A stretch of DNA of 64,000 bases from Bispira polyomma (taxonomy: Eukaryota), in contig OZ287750.1 of the NCBI GenBank assembly GCA_965649765.1, positions 69,130,001 through 69,194,000 of the forward strand, read 5' to 3'. Both the position numbers and the translations under genes were made by a program. The number at the start of each line of letters is the position of its first letter. Positions within the stretch are counted from its first letter, which is position 1. Below the pieces are notes generated by a model that was not told the origin of the DNA, did not search any database, and worked only from the letters and a program-made list of their open reading frames with translations. Below are positions 24,639-37,757 of this stretch, one piece after another.

Positions 24639-24980
24639 GGACAACTCCATGGTACATGTAAATTTTCAGGACAATTTCATGTTACATGTAAATCTATAGG
24701 ACAACTTCATGTTACATGTAAATCTATAGGACAGCTTCATGTTACATGTTAATCTATAGGACAACTTCATGTTACATGTAAATTTTTAGGACAATTTCAT
24801 GTTACATGTAAATCTACAGGACAACTTCATGTTACATGTAAATTTATAGGACAACTTCATGTTACATGTAAGTCTACAGAATACCTCCATGTTACATATG
24901 TAAATCTATAAGACAACTTCATGGTGCGTGTAATTCTAAACAACAACTTCATGCTACAAGTAAATATACAGGACAATTCA
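24639..24980. repeat. 30-bp satellite (GGACAACTTCATGTTACATGTAAATCTATA)n, left part
   Basis: Clear 30-bp periodicity. The same repeat resumes in the same orientation at 46290. Confidence 0.95.
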
Positions 24981-27900
24981 ATGCCATATAGTTCATATAG
25001 TTTATTCGTACTCAAAGTACATTTTTTTTTTATAATATACAAACATGATAGGAACAAACAAAAACAAAAAAAAAAAATACAAAAAAAAACACATAATATG
25101 TATATAATAAAGAATACTACATGTTATATCATACTGTACATACGTATTTTAATATCTCATTTATTTCCTGATGGGTTAAAAAAGTATTTCCATCCTCCCT
25201 CACACTTAATAGGTCCTGTATAATATTTATATGTACAACATCATCAACACTAAGCTTTTCATTCTCACAACAGAGGTTTTCATTATAATTAGAGTAATCA
25301 CTTTGCATGCCATACTTGTGTTTAATAAATACATAACTGTTGCAAACATCAGAGCAACTACCACTTTTTGCTAAATTGGAACATAAATTAATCAAACTAT
25401 TCTCACTACACATTGCATCACTGAAAAATTTAACAAACCTTTTATGTAACTGGATTTCTTCAGTTTTGTCATTTACAATATAAGGTAAAAACCTACAGTG
25501 TGTGTTATGGGGTATATGTAATAACCTCCTTATACATTTACGCCATGTTACATAAAATCTGCTTACATCATTACCAGAAAAGTCCCACAAACAATAGCCA
25601 TACAATGGCATACAGTATGCTTTTAAAAATTTGTATTTTATCTCAGTATTAGACATGTGAAAATAAGACATTATTATATTTACGTTTGCTACAAATTCAT
25701 TTATATTTTTCTGAATATTATCTTTTTCTGTTTTATTCGCAATAAGATTGCCTAGGTGGCTTGCCTTGGTCTCACAATATATTTTATGAGTGTTAAACAT
25801 TACATATTCATTGTTCTCATTATTTCTCGAAGAACCGAATCTCACAAGTTTAGTTTTGCTAGGGTTGAACTTTACATAATATTCCTTACCAAAAGCATGT
25901 ACAATTTGTAACAGTAACTTAGTTGATGTTAAGGTTGGGGCTAAAATTGTCACATCATCTGCATATGCCAATGCTCCACAGAATGTATTGCCTATCCAAC
26001 AGCCATAACCTGACTTTATTAACATTTGAAGAAGCTCATCAAAGTAAACTGTAAATAATATAGGTAACAATACCCCTCCTTGTTTCACACCATTTTTAAC
26101 ACCAAATTCAGATGAATAACAGTTTTCCCACTTGACTCGTAAGAGTGTATAACATAATTAAAAATCTAGCTGTCACAGGACATATCCCTCTCTTAAAAAG
26201 GACATTGAAAAGTTTAACATATTGTACACGATCAAATGCTTGTGTTGCATCAAGTAGAAGGCAATATACATTACTATTATTGTTACCATAATACTACACA
26301 ATTTCTTTTAGAACAAAAGTACACTTAACTGTAGAATGTTTACTTTTAAAACCAAATTGTAAATCACATGTGTTTAGAACATTACTGTTTTGAGAAAGTA
26401 TTACATTATCAAACATTTTACCCAATATGCTACTCAAGGTTATCGCTCTAAAGTTGTTAGATTCATTACAAGATTTACGTTTGTTCTTAATTATTGGAGT
26501 TATAGTACCAACGGTCATATCACCTGGTATAACACCATGACATAACATACATGAGAACAATATTGAAATATATACAGATGAAAAGTGGAGAGCATTTATT
26601 AAGTTACAAGAAAATGCCTTATGTATTCCATCACCTTTGTTATTCTTCAATTTAGCAACACTATCAATTACATCATTTACAGTAATTACATGCTTATTAT
26701 AACACTTGCCTTCAATACAATTCCCAACAATTTTATTGTCAACACTGTTACATAATGTTTTCATCTCTTCAACATTATAAGGTACAGAAGTATATAAGGT
26801 CTTATATTTATCTCCAAATAAATCACAAATATTCTGTTTTTCAGTTACATTATCAACATTCAGAATACTGGAGTTTTTATTACTTAATTTCTTTTTCACT
26901 TCAGTCCAGAATTTTCTGGAGTTGTTACATGATATTGCATCAGCCATTGCCTTTGCACATATACCATTCTCATTGTTCTTAGCAAACCGAATAGAGTAAT
27001 GATATTGAGCTTGTGTCCTCCGTCTTATGTCAGCAATGATACCATTATGTGGAGAACCATTACTTCTCCACATATTATGCCAGAAGATGGCTGATTTCTT
27101 TTTTGAACATACAAATTCATTCCAACCAGGAATATTACCTTTCTTATTAACTGTATTGGTGATAGGAATACACATATTAGCAGCATCTACATGAGCATTT
27201 ATAATGGCGTCATGAAAATTATTTATATGCTCTTTAAGTATATCACAGAAGTAGTCATTACATTTCAATGCATCCCATGCGATATTAATTTTACTCAAAG
27301 TAAGATCAATCAAAGACTGATAATTAGCAATGTCCACATCAGTGGCCTTTTCCCAACAAATGGATTTATTGTTTGCATTTACAATTACAGTTGTATATTC
27401 CACTTTAGTACACATTATACTCAAACATACCACAGAGTGATCAGACAAGTTGTCACCGTCATGAAGAACATCATATATCATAATGTCATCATACAAGTTT
27501 TGAGAAACAAAAAAGTGATCAATTATTGACACACCCTCATTACTTGTGCTCATATAGGTGAAATCTATTTTACTTAAACTGCATTTAATGCAACATTCTA
27601 AAGATTTTTTTTTTTTATAATTTAGTTTATTCCCCACCCCCCGCTGTGGTTTTCACAATATTTCACATCTCGCAGGATGCATTTTTTATGTACATAACAT
27701 ACATTTACAATCCTAAAATACTCGTAAATACACTTACATTAATAGGACCACTATATATTCGGGCCCCAGGCATTTTTTAACCGATATAACATTCATTTAC
27801 AATCCTAAATTACTCGAAAATACATCAAAAGGGGGAAATAGTTTTTTTTTTACAAAAAAAAGGAAACACACAATTACTGCACTGACAAATTACAGATCAC

Positions 27901-29249
27901 AAGTTATGTAATATAGGACCCCACTTTTCATAATAAAGTTTTAAACCTTTTCCATTTCTCTCTAATAAAACTTTTTCCAATTTTGCATGATGATTTATAA
28001 TTCTTATAACATTTTCTACTTGAAGAGAACTTTCTAAACATTTTATTTTATATACATATTTTTTCACTATATTTATAACATGGTTCACAAGCAGTGTAAA
28101 TTTAGTAGATTTATATCCCAGTAAAACTGTTTGGCTGTTTAGAATTTCTTCACTTATTATTATATTTTCAAAAATTTAAAAACTTGAAACCAAAAAGTTT
28201 TAACTACAGCACAAAACCAGAAAAGGTGTTCTATTGTTTCAGTGTTTACTTTACAGAAATAACATCTGTCAGTGTTAGTTAGTCTACAGCGATACAAGTA
28301 TTTGTTTGTGGGAATAACACGAAAAAGTAATTTATATTGAAAAGCTCTCATTTTGCTTTCTATCGTGCATTTAAAGTTATTTAAATGATACCAGTTTCAC
28401 TCTTCATCAGTAATTGGTTTATCAAAGATAGAGTTCCATTTTTGAATATGATTGCGTTCAAAATTCACTTTTGTCAATAGGAACTGATAACAGTCTTTAC
28501 AACATGTTTTCATGTTTAACAAAACTTTAAGTGGTTTATGAAGCGAGTTTTTTTCAATAAATGTTGTTTTAAATTGTTTCCAGTCTCTGGGAACACTATG
28601 CATCAGGCTATAGAAATCCACAAAATTAAGGGTAAAGTTGTAGTAATTACAGAAACCTTCAAACCCAAAGAGGTTTCCATGAAGGTCAAAGAGATCGTTA
28701 ATATATATTATACCTGCTTCCTCATATAACTTTCGTTTAATTATGATATTCTTGTTTTTTATAAAAAAGTACCGAAAAGGGGGTATGTCCTTGGATCAAT
28801 TTCAGCTATAAAAAACTGTTTGAAGTCTATCCAAGCACAGACAACATCTTTCCAGAACAGATTTTTCAAGGTTTTCTTTAAATGGTCTAGAGATTTTAAG
28901 TCTAATTCCCATATACATTTTTTATCGAGTTCAAATGACATTTCACACAGGTGCTGCCAGTTACCATCGCCTGTAAGTAATCGTTTAATCCAAGCTAATT
29001 TTAAAGCTTTGTTAAAAATTTTAAAGTTAGTAAGTTTTAAACCCTCCATCGAGGATATTCTTCTCTAACTGAGTCACAGTAATCCACTCTTTACCTTTCC
29101 AGATAAAATCACTGATCATAGTCTCTAGTTTATACATAGTATCATAACTCGGACTAGGTAGAACTGACATAATATATACAAGCTTTGGAAGCGCCAAGCT
29201 TTTTATCACCGTAATTTTTCCAACTAAGGACAAGTTCTTTTTCTTGCCA

Positions 29250-32200
29250 CATTCCCCGTTTTTTTTTTTTTTTTTTTTTTTTCGCATTTCCTTTTCTTTT
29301 ATGTGACTTTGTTCACATATTTTTATACTACAAGTGTTTTTACATAGAATAGACTACATCTTTTATTTTATTCTGTCTAGCTGTGATTTATATTTGGTTC
29401 TTTTTCTTGCTACTTCTCCTTCACCTCTGAGATGTGGAAGTTCTGTTTAACACTTCTCCCATGTATGATTCTGGCCGGTGTCAGATTACATAAATGGAGC
29501 GCCTGCTCTCCATCCAATACACCTTTTTTCGACCAATTTGCACTTGGTCCATCTCTACTAGCCTCCCTGGATAAGGTGAACACTTCTTTTTTAGCCTTTC
29601 AAATTCACATTACCCGCCGTCCAAACCCCAGGGTTAACAGTATTTGGATCCCTCTGTTGACTGCGCTCTGCGGGGACGTCAGCATTAATCCGGGCCCCTC
29701 AGCATCCTTGCTTAAGATCGGTGCATTTAATGCCCGTTCCTTGCGGAATAAGGCACCTGCGGCTATCGACTTAGTCATAGCCCAGGACCTGGATGTTGCT
29801 GCTGTCTCCGAGACGTGGCTCAGCAGTAGGGATACGACATCCTTTTTATCGGATATTACTCCTCCGGGCTACAAATTTCATCAGTTCCCCAGGTTGCACA
29901 AACGCGGGGGAGGAGTTGGCATTTTTGTGAAAAATACCCTTTCCTGTGAAATTCTAAAAAATCAGTCCTACTCGTCTTTCGAACACATTTCATGCAAAAT
30001 TTCAAACGGTTATCATTCATTCCTAGTTTCCTCCTTTTACAGACCACCCATCCCTTCTTTAACTAGTTTTACTCAAGAGTTTTCCGAATTCCTTGAGACC
30101 CTTAACCTTCTCCCATTTGAAGCTATCATCCTTGGTGATTTCAACATCAAGCTCGACATAGAAAATACTACGACAAAAGATTTCAACACCCTCCTCGACA
30201 CTTTTGGGTTCTCACAGTTTATCTCTACTTCAACCCACATCCACAATCACATACTCGATCTGGTAATCGCAAGACCAAATTCAAATCTCATCAGAGAATC
30301 ATGGGTAACTGATGGGATTTCAGATCACCTAGCAACCTTCGCCTATTTAAATTTACCAATACCTGCCTCACATAAACCTCGTGTCATAAAATATAGAAAC
30401 ATCAGAAAAATTAATATAAACAAATTCAGAGACGATATCCTGGAAACTAATCTCATCAAACATCCATGCAAAAATGCTGAAAGCCTTAGCTTACAATACA
30501 ATCACTGCCTTTCTACTGTCCTTGATAAACATGCGCCATGGGTATCAAAAACCCTTCCCCCAACTAACAACCATGAATGGACCAATGCCGCCATTACAGA
30601 AGCCAAAAGACGCAAACGCCAACTTGAGCGTCAATGGCGACGCACAAAATCCTCCTTAGACAGAAGCCGTTACCGTATCGCCACAAATAATTACAACAGG
30701 CTAATAACTGATGCCAAAAAGCAACACTACGACTCCATCATCACCGAAAATCAGGATAATCCCAAAAGATTATGGGCCTCCATAAATAAAATTCTACATC
30801 GAACATCAGAGAAGGTTCTCCCCATAAACCACTGTCTTACTTTTTTAGCAGAAAAATTTGGAAAATTTTTTATAGAAAAAATCAGCAACATTCGTGACGC
30901 CTTCCCAACGATACATCACTTCAATCCTCCAGCCCCAGGATATAAGGTTTGTAACCTGTTTCATTTTAGTACACTGTCAGAGCTTGAAGTTCTGAAACTC
31001 ATCAAATCCTCTACTATTAAATCTTGTGACTTAGATCCCATCCCAGCAGTTATTCTGAGTCAATGTCTTGACATTCTTGTCACACCCATAACAAATATAT
31101 TAAATTTTTCTCTACGGGATGGTGTCTTTCCCACCTGTTTCAAAACGGCAAATGTAACTCCCTTGATTAAAAAACAAGGGCTTGATAAAAACCATCTCAA
31201 AAACTACAGACCGGTGTCAAACCTTACCTTCGTCTCAAAAGTCATCGAGAAAGCTGTAGCTAAACAAATTTCTGATCACCTTAATAGACAAAACATTGAA
31301 AATCGCCACCAGTCTGCTTATAGAAAATTTCACTCTACAGAAAGTGCCCTTTTTTCCATCAGCAATGATGTCAATCTTGCACTGGACCGCAACGACACAG
31401 TGGCCCTCACCCTTCTGGATCTCTCAACTGCATTCGACACTATTGATCATGTCCTGCTCTGCGACACTCTCAAGCAGTGGTTCGGTATAAATGGCAGTGT
31501 CCTTAAATGGATCAGATCCTACCTTACTCTTAGGGCACAAAGAATTAAACTAGATGATACCTATCATCTTCCATAAAACTTCCATATGGAGTACCCCAGG
31601 GATCCGTCCTTGGCCCTCTACTTTTCACCCTTTATACACATCCTCTCAGCACTGTCATCAATAAACACAATATAAAACACCACATGTATGCAGACGACAC
31701 TCAAGTCTATTTCTCCCTCAATCCACAAAACGCAGATACTAACATATGTCTGTCTGATGTCCAGGCGTGGATGAACTACTCCAAACCAAAGCTTAACCCT
31801 GACAAAACAGAATTCATCCTCATAGGAAACAAGAAAAACAGTGAACTCCTAAAATCTTTGTTTCCCATCTCCCTGCTGGGAAAAGACATACTACCTTCCG
31901 AAAATGCTAAAAACCTGGGTGTCACTTTTGATTCAGCTTTTTCGTTCGATACTCATGTTTCCAACATCTGTCGCTCTTGCTATTACCACATATGCGACAT
32001 CAAAAGAATCAGAAACCACTTGTCCATGGACACAGCGATAATTGTGGCAAATGCCCTTGTAAGTAGCCGCCTCGACTACTGCAATTCTCTCTTGTACGAA
32101 GCAAATAAGTCAAACATTAAAAAGCTCCAGTCCATCCAAAACTACTTATGTAGGGTCATTTTTCGCCTGGGTTGTCGCACAGACATTACTCCTTACCTCA

Positions 32201-32660
32201 AAAAATTACACTGGTTGCCCATTAAATCTCGAATTTTGTTTAAAATTCACGTTACCACTTTTAAGGCTGTAATCACTCAACAGCCACCCTACCTTGCCTC
32301 CCTTCTTTCCTTTAGTAACCGCAAGAGAGGCAACAGACTCTCTGTCACTTCGGTCAGACCAATCAGAAAGGCGGGTTTCAGAGCGTTCTCCACCGCAGCT
32401 CCACGGTTATGGAACAGTCTCCCAGTTGACCTCAGATCAGTTGACACACTTATCGGTTTTAGGAAAAAGCTTAAAACCTATCTTTTTAATCTTGCCTACC
32501 CACCTTAGCTTTCCTCGTGCACGCTCCCACTTCCTTCCTTACGACTCCGCAATTTCCATGGACTTAATGATTGGACTAATGATTCTGCTGTTGCGCTTTA
32601 GAAGATGCATCAATAAAGCGCGTTAAAAATCTATAATAATAATAATAAATAATAATAATA
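29250..32660 (+). mobile_element. element D: single-ORF L2/CR1-group LINE inserted into B ORF2
   Basis: APE (FNARSL, SETWL, GDFN, SDH) and RT ([31 protein letters not shown]) in 29432-32508, broken near 31576. 3' stem-loop GCGCTTTA/TAAAGCGC, (TAA)n tail, no clear TSD. Confidence 0.9.
29675..29698 (+). other. 2A-like ribosome-skipping motif variant (DVSINPGP) upstream of APE
   Basis: LLTALCG-DVSINPGP versus consensus D(V/I)ExNPG|P, at the position typical of 2A-bearing LINEs. Confidence 0.65.
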
Positions 32661-35072
32661 TACCGTAAACAGCTTTTTAATTTCATTAATTTTTTTGTCA
32701 TAATTTAGACTTTCTAACTCAGCAAGTTCAACACTGAAACATATACCAAGAACAACAAATTTCTTAACCCACTTCAATCCTAAGTTTTTACAGATACATT
32801 TTTTCATATTCTTTCCCCTCCCTAGCCATACTGCTTGGGTTTTCTCTAGATTTATACGGAGACCAGAACACAATGAAAAATCATTTAAGATGTTTATGCT
32901 TTCAATTAAAGATTCTTCAGAATCATCTAACAATAGAAAAGTATCGTCCGCATACTGTGCTATTTGGATAGCACCACTCTTCATTGGAATACCATTTATT
33001 TTTTAATTCTGCTTAATTGCCATCGCAAGAGGCTCTATTGTGAGTAAAAAGATGTAAGAACTGAGAGGATCACCTTGTCTACACGACCTGTGCAGTTTAA
33101 AAAAATTGGAAAAATGTCCATTATTTATAACACAACTACAGGAGTTTTTATAAATGACCTAAAACCACCTTATAAGATCATTGTCAAAATTATATTTGAT
33201 CAAGGCTTCATTAATATAGTTCCACTCAACAGAATCGAAGGCCTTTTCAAAGTCAATTTGAAGCAGCATACCAAGTTTATTGTTTTCCTGTAGATAGTGC
33301 ATTGTGTCAAACAAGGCTCTTATATTTTCCCCTATGTATCTATTTTTTAAGAAACCTTTTTGCTCATTATTGATACTATTTGGTAAAACTTGTTTCAATC
33401 TGAATGCTAGGACTCCTGAAAGTAGTTTGTAATCTACATTCAGTAGTGAGATAGGTGTCCAGTTTTTAACAAACCCTCTAGGTTTGTCGCCTTTAGGAAA
33501 TAATGTAATAATACCTTGTTTATGGGTTATTGAAAGTTCACCCATTTCAAAGGCTTCGTTCAAGCTGTTCAAAACATATTGGTTCAAGTCATTCCAGAAA
33601 AATTTATAAAATTCTGCTGGGAACCCATTTGTGCCAGGTGATTTGCCATTTTGCATATGTTTTAGGACCAAGTAAAGTTCAGACAAAGATATTTTTCCTT
33701 CACATTTACTTTTGTCATCGTCTGAGATTTGCCTAATGAATTCTTTCTTCAGGGAAAATTTTTGATACTGATTGGATTCCTGCTTATATTTTGATTGATA
33801 TAGTTTGCTATAATATGTCATCAACTCCTTCAGAATTGACTTTTGATCTGTGAGTACGTTTTGACCATTGTTTAACCTACCAATTAACTTATTCACATAA
33901 TTTCGCTTTTCCAAATTACAAAAATAACTTGAAGGTTTTTCCATTGATTCGTATATTTTGGCTTTTGATCTAATCAGAGCACTACTTAATTTGTCTTGTC
34001 TTATTAATTTTAACTCCTGCATCTGCATTTCTAAAATATTTCTCACTTTTAACCGTATTTCATCAGAAATATTGACCTTGGTCAATTGTTCCTCTAAATC
34101 CTCAATCATTTTCACTAAAGACATTTCTTTTTCACTAAATTCCTTTTTTCTGTGCACAGTATGGTATGGTTTTAGCTCGAATTTTAAGTTTCAACATTTC
34201 AAATAACATTTGGTTTGTAATTTTTAACCTATTTTCACCAATATCTGATACAACCGTGTACTCATCTACAACATCTTTAATTACTTTAACTATAGCTACA
34301 TATATTTCATCTCTCAAAAGTGAGGTGTTAAATTTCCAGAAGCCCCTGCCTATTGGTATGATGAAATTCAATATCTATTCCAATAAAAGAGTGATCACTT
34401 CTATATCCATATGAAATATATTGCTTAACTACTTTTGCATGAATGTCAGGTGTCACGAGAAAGAAATCTAGTCTATACAGTTGACTGGCCTGCTACCATT
34501 ACGCCAGGTGTACTTTCTGTCATTTGGGTGTGAACTTCTCCATGTGTCAATTAGGTCTAAAACTTCCATCATTGCCTCAACTTTTTTCCTTGAGTTTACA
34601 TTATTTTCTTTAACATAACCCAGAGTATCGAGATCAAAATTCAAAGTTAAGTTCCAATCCCCACAAACAATAGCAGGATGGTTATTTTTTTCACCTAATA
34701 TGTTTAACAAGTTGTTATAAAACTCTAGTTCATCCTTATTTGGACCATAAATAACAACTAATATAACTAGCACATTATTGAGAAGTATATCTATAATCAA
34801 AAAATTTCCATTCTCATCCCTCAAGATGTTTTTAACATTATAATCTAAATTTTTTCCAAATAAAAACACAACTGCTTGTGACATGGTAGAGTATGCGTTG
34901 TATACTATCTCTGATCCCCAGTCCATCTTAAAGTTTACTGCATTTATCTCATCTATATGTACATCTTGTAAACAGTAAATGGAGAGGTTCTTTTTTTTAA
35001 CCAATGAAAAAGATCAAATCTCTTTTTATTATTAGCTAGCCCCCTGACATTCATACAACCAATTTTAATATA

Positions 35073-36071
35073 TATACAGAGTTAAAAGCATCAGAAGAAG
35101 AAAATAAGATTCTCAAGGAGCATGTTTTACAGCAAGAAAGTTATACAAGACGTGACAATTTACTATTTGACGGCATAAAGGAAAATACAGAGGAAAACAC
35201 AGAAAAAGTCCTGAGAATGTTCTTGATCTCACATCTGGGATTTGATGAGAGGGAGTGTTATGAAATCCTCATATCCAGATGTCACAGAATGGGTCCGAAA
35301 AGGGGACAAACAAGACCAATAATTGCCAAGTTCCAGATCCAGCTTGACAGAATGAATATTTGGAAACAGAGGTTTAAACTGAAAGGTACCCCATTCATCA
35401 TAAGAGAAGACTTCCCTGCCGAAATACAAAACAGGAGAAAATTGATGTATCCACTGTTTAATGCAGCGAAAAGGCTAGATAAGTACTCTAAAATAGTTGG
35501 TGATAGAGTAATTTTCAATAGAAAAACTTTCGACTACACACATGCTTATCAACTGGCAGAGAATCTGAAGTTTTTCAACAATGGTCAACGAAAAAGCGAC
35601 GGTATTATTGCATTCTATGGTCGCTGCTCTCCCTATAGTAACTTTTTTCCAGCTGCTTTTACTGAAGGTTCTACTACTTACGCCTGTAGTGAACAGATGT
35701 ACCAACATGAGCTCTGCCTAAATTTTGGAGATGCACAGTCTGCACGAGCTGTCTTGCTCCAAACAGATCCAGCAGCAATGAAAAGGATAGGTGATAAACT
35801 TCTGAAAGGTGATCCAGAGAAACGCAACCAATGGAACCAGCAACATGCACGACAAGCGATGAAATCAGCTGTTCATTTGAAGTTTCTTCAAAATCCTGCT
35901 TTACGTGATCACTTTAAGAATACCACTGAACAATTTGCAGAAGCCAATCAATATGATTCCACATGGGGGATAGGACTAGCTTTGAAAGATAAGAATGTGT
36001 GGGATAGAGACATATGGAAAGGGAAAAACTGGCTAGGACAAATACTCTGTGAAGTAAGAAGTGAAATTTAA
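35073..36071 (+). CDS. element C ORF1p (end of coiled coil + RRM/CTD) fused to a NADAR domain (35601-36068); N-terminus lost
   Basis: ESYTRRDNLLFDGIKE..RCHRMG..RPIIAKF..IREDFP, then FYGR.SPYSNF..SEQMYQ..DP..KRIG..W..M..KFLQN..EANQYDSTWGIG..WKGKNWLGQILCEVR. Confidence 0.9.
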   Translation, partial: YTELKASEEENKILKEHVLQQESYTRRDNLLFDGIKENTEENTEKVLRMFLISHLGFDERECYEILISRCHRMGPKRGQTRPIIAKFQIQLDRMNIWKQRFKLKGTPFIIREDFPAEIQNRRKLMYPLFNAAKRLDKYSKIVGDRVIFNRKTFDYTHAYQLAENLKFFNNGQRKSDGIIAFYGRCSPYSNFFPAAFTEGSTTYACSEQMYQHELCLNFGDAQSARAVLLQTDPAAMKRIGDKLLKGDPEKRNQWNQQHARQAMKSAVHLKFLQNPALRDHFKNTTEQFAEANQYDSTWGIGLALKDKNVWDRDIWKGKNWLGQILCEVRSEI

Positions 36072-36461
36072 ATAATTGCTAAATTTAAATATTATACCTC
36101 TAAAATATACATTTAATTCATATATTATACAGCCATATTAGATATGTAATATGACATGTAGTAACATCTGTTTTTCACTGAAAATTCATATTTTGGGATG
36201 GTGTTTAGCTGTATTTAAATTTTAGCTAAGGACTTTTCTTGATTTTTGCTTGTATCTGGCTACTGGTCAGGGTGATTTTTCACCAAGATGGCTGGACTTT
36301 ATCAGTTTGCTCTTATTTTATCTGCTAATATTAAAGTATGAGCGTCATTTTGGGACGTCATTTGTGAATTGATATAAATTTTTAAATTGATAAAAATTGA
36401 TATAAAAATTGAGTTGTTGGATCTCAGTATACCCCTACACAGTAGGCTGGAATTATAGTAG

Positions 36462-37072
36462 TATGGTATTTAGGAAAGCTGTTTCTCCTTATTAATTTTG
36501 CTAGTGGTAAAACCACACTTGGCAGTTATGATTTACAAGTCCTTTATGGCCTTATTAGTTGTTGGCCTACTACAACATGGTTATAAAGACAGTTAGGTTA
36601 AACATATACAGATTGTTGCAACTCAATTTATTTGAAGTTCTTTTATGTTTACAAAGATTATGGTATCTAGAAAAGCGCTTTCTCCTTATTAATTTTGCTA
36701 GTGGTAAAACCACAAATGGCAGTTATGATTTATGGGACCTTTATGGGCTAATTAGTTGTTCGCTTATTACAACATGGTTATAAAGACAGTTGGTTAAACA
36801 TAAACAGATTGTTGCAACTCAATTTATTTGAAGTAATTTTATGTTTACAAATATTATGGTATTTAGGAAAGCTGTTTCTCCTTATTAATTTTGCTAGTGG
36901 TAAAACCACATTTGGCAGTTATGATTTACAAGACCTTTATGGCCTTATTAGTTGTTGGCCTATTACAACAAGGTGATAAAGACAGTTGGTTACACATAAA
37001 CAGATTGTGCAACTCAATTTATTTGAAGTAATTTTATGCTTACACAGATTATTGTATTAAGGAAAGCTGTTT
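36462..37072 (+). repeat. ~196-bp tandem repeat (3 copies + partial) in the element C inter-ORF spacer
   Basis: TATGGTATTTAGGAAAGCTG-like starts at 36462, 36659, 36855 and 37050. Confidence 0.9.
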
Positions 37073-37757
37073 ATTGTTGGTTCAAACTTAAAGTTTGGTG
37101 GGATATACTATAATGATATACTAGCCTTTAAATTTTCTTTGAATCTTGGCATAAATCATAAACGATATAATTTTCAATGAGCAAAGCAGTATTACAGACA
37201 AATTATACATATATGTGGGGGTATATATTATGGTTAACACTCTGTACAAACACAGATAAATTTAATTTACCAAAAGTGGAAATTTACAAAACAAATTCAT
37301 GTTATGCCATCTCCCTTTGAAGTTATTAAAATGTGAAATATTTTATACAGTTCCATTTTGTACATAATGTATGTTAGAACTGTAAATAAGCCAAAAACTG
37401 GCAAAGAAAATCCAAATTCAAAATTGTTTTTCCACCTCTTCATGATGAATATTGCTATGGAAAATCTTTTTAATACCATTTTATATTTTTATATCACTCT
37501 GTTTATTGTTTATACAGGAAATGTTGATAGTGTCATATATTTAAGAATATATTATCATTTTGCATTAGTATTTACGAGTTACACATCTAAAAAGCCAGTC
37601 GTTGACAAACTTTCTTATATCCAAAGCCAGTGTTTGTATTTAAAAAAAAATGTATCTACAGTCTTTTATATCAAGGTAAAATATATAAATATAACACAAA
37701 TTGGAAAATTTTATTTCATATTGGGGTTGTTTTTGAGGGGTCTGTTTGAAGATAGTG

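Noticed and set aside
35217-36071. NADAR ORFs as bacterial contamination or free-standing horizontally transferred ybiA
   Set aside because: Both are fused in frame to L1-like ORF1 and lie within TSD- and poly(A)-bounded LINEs.
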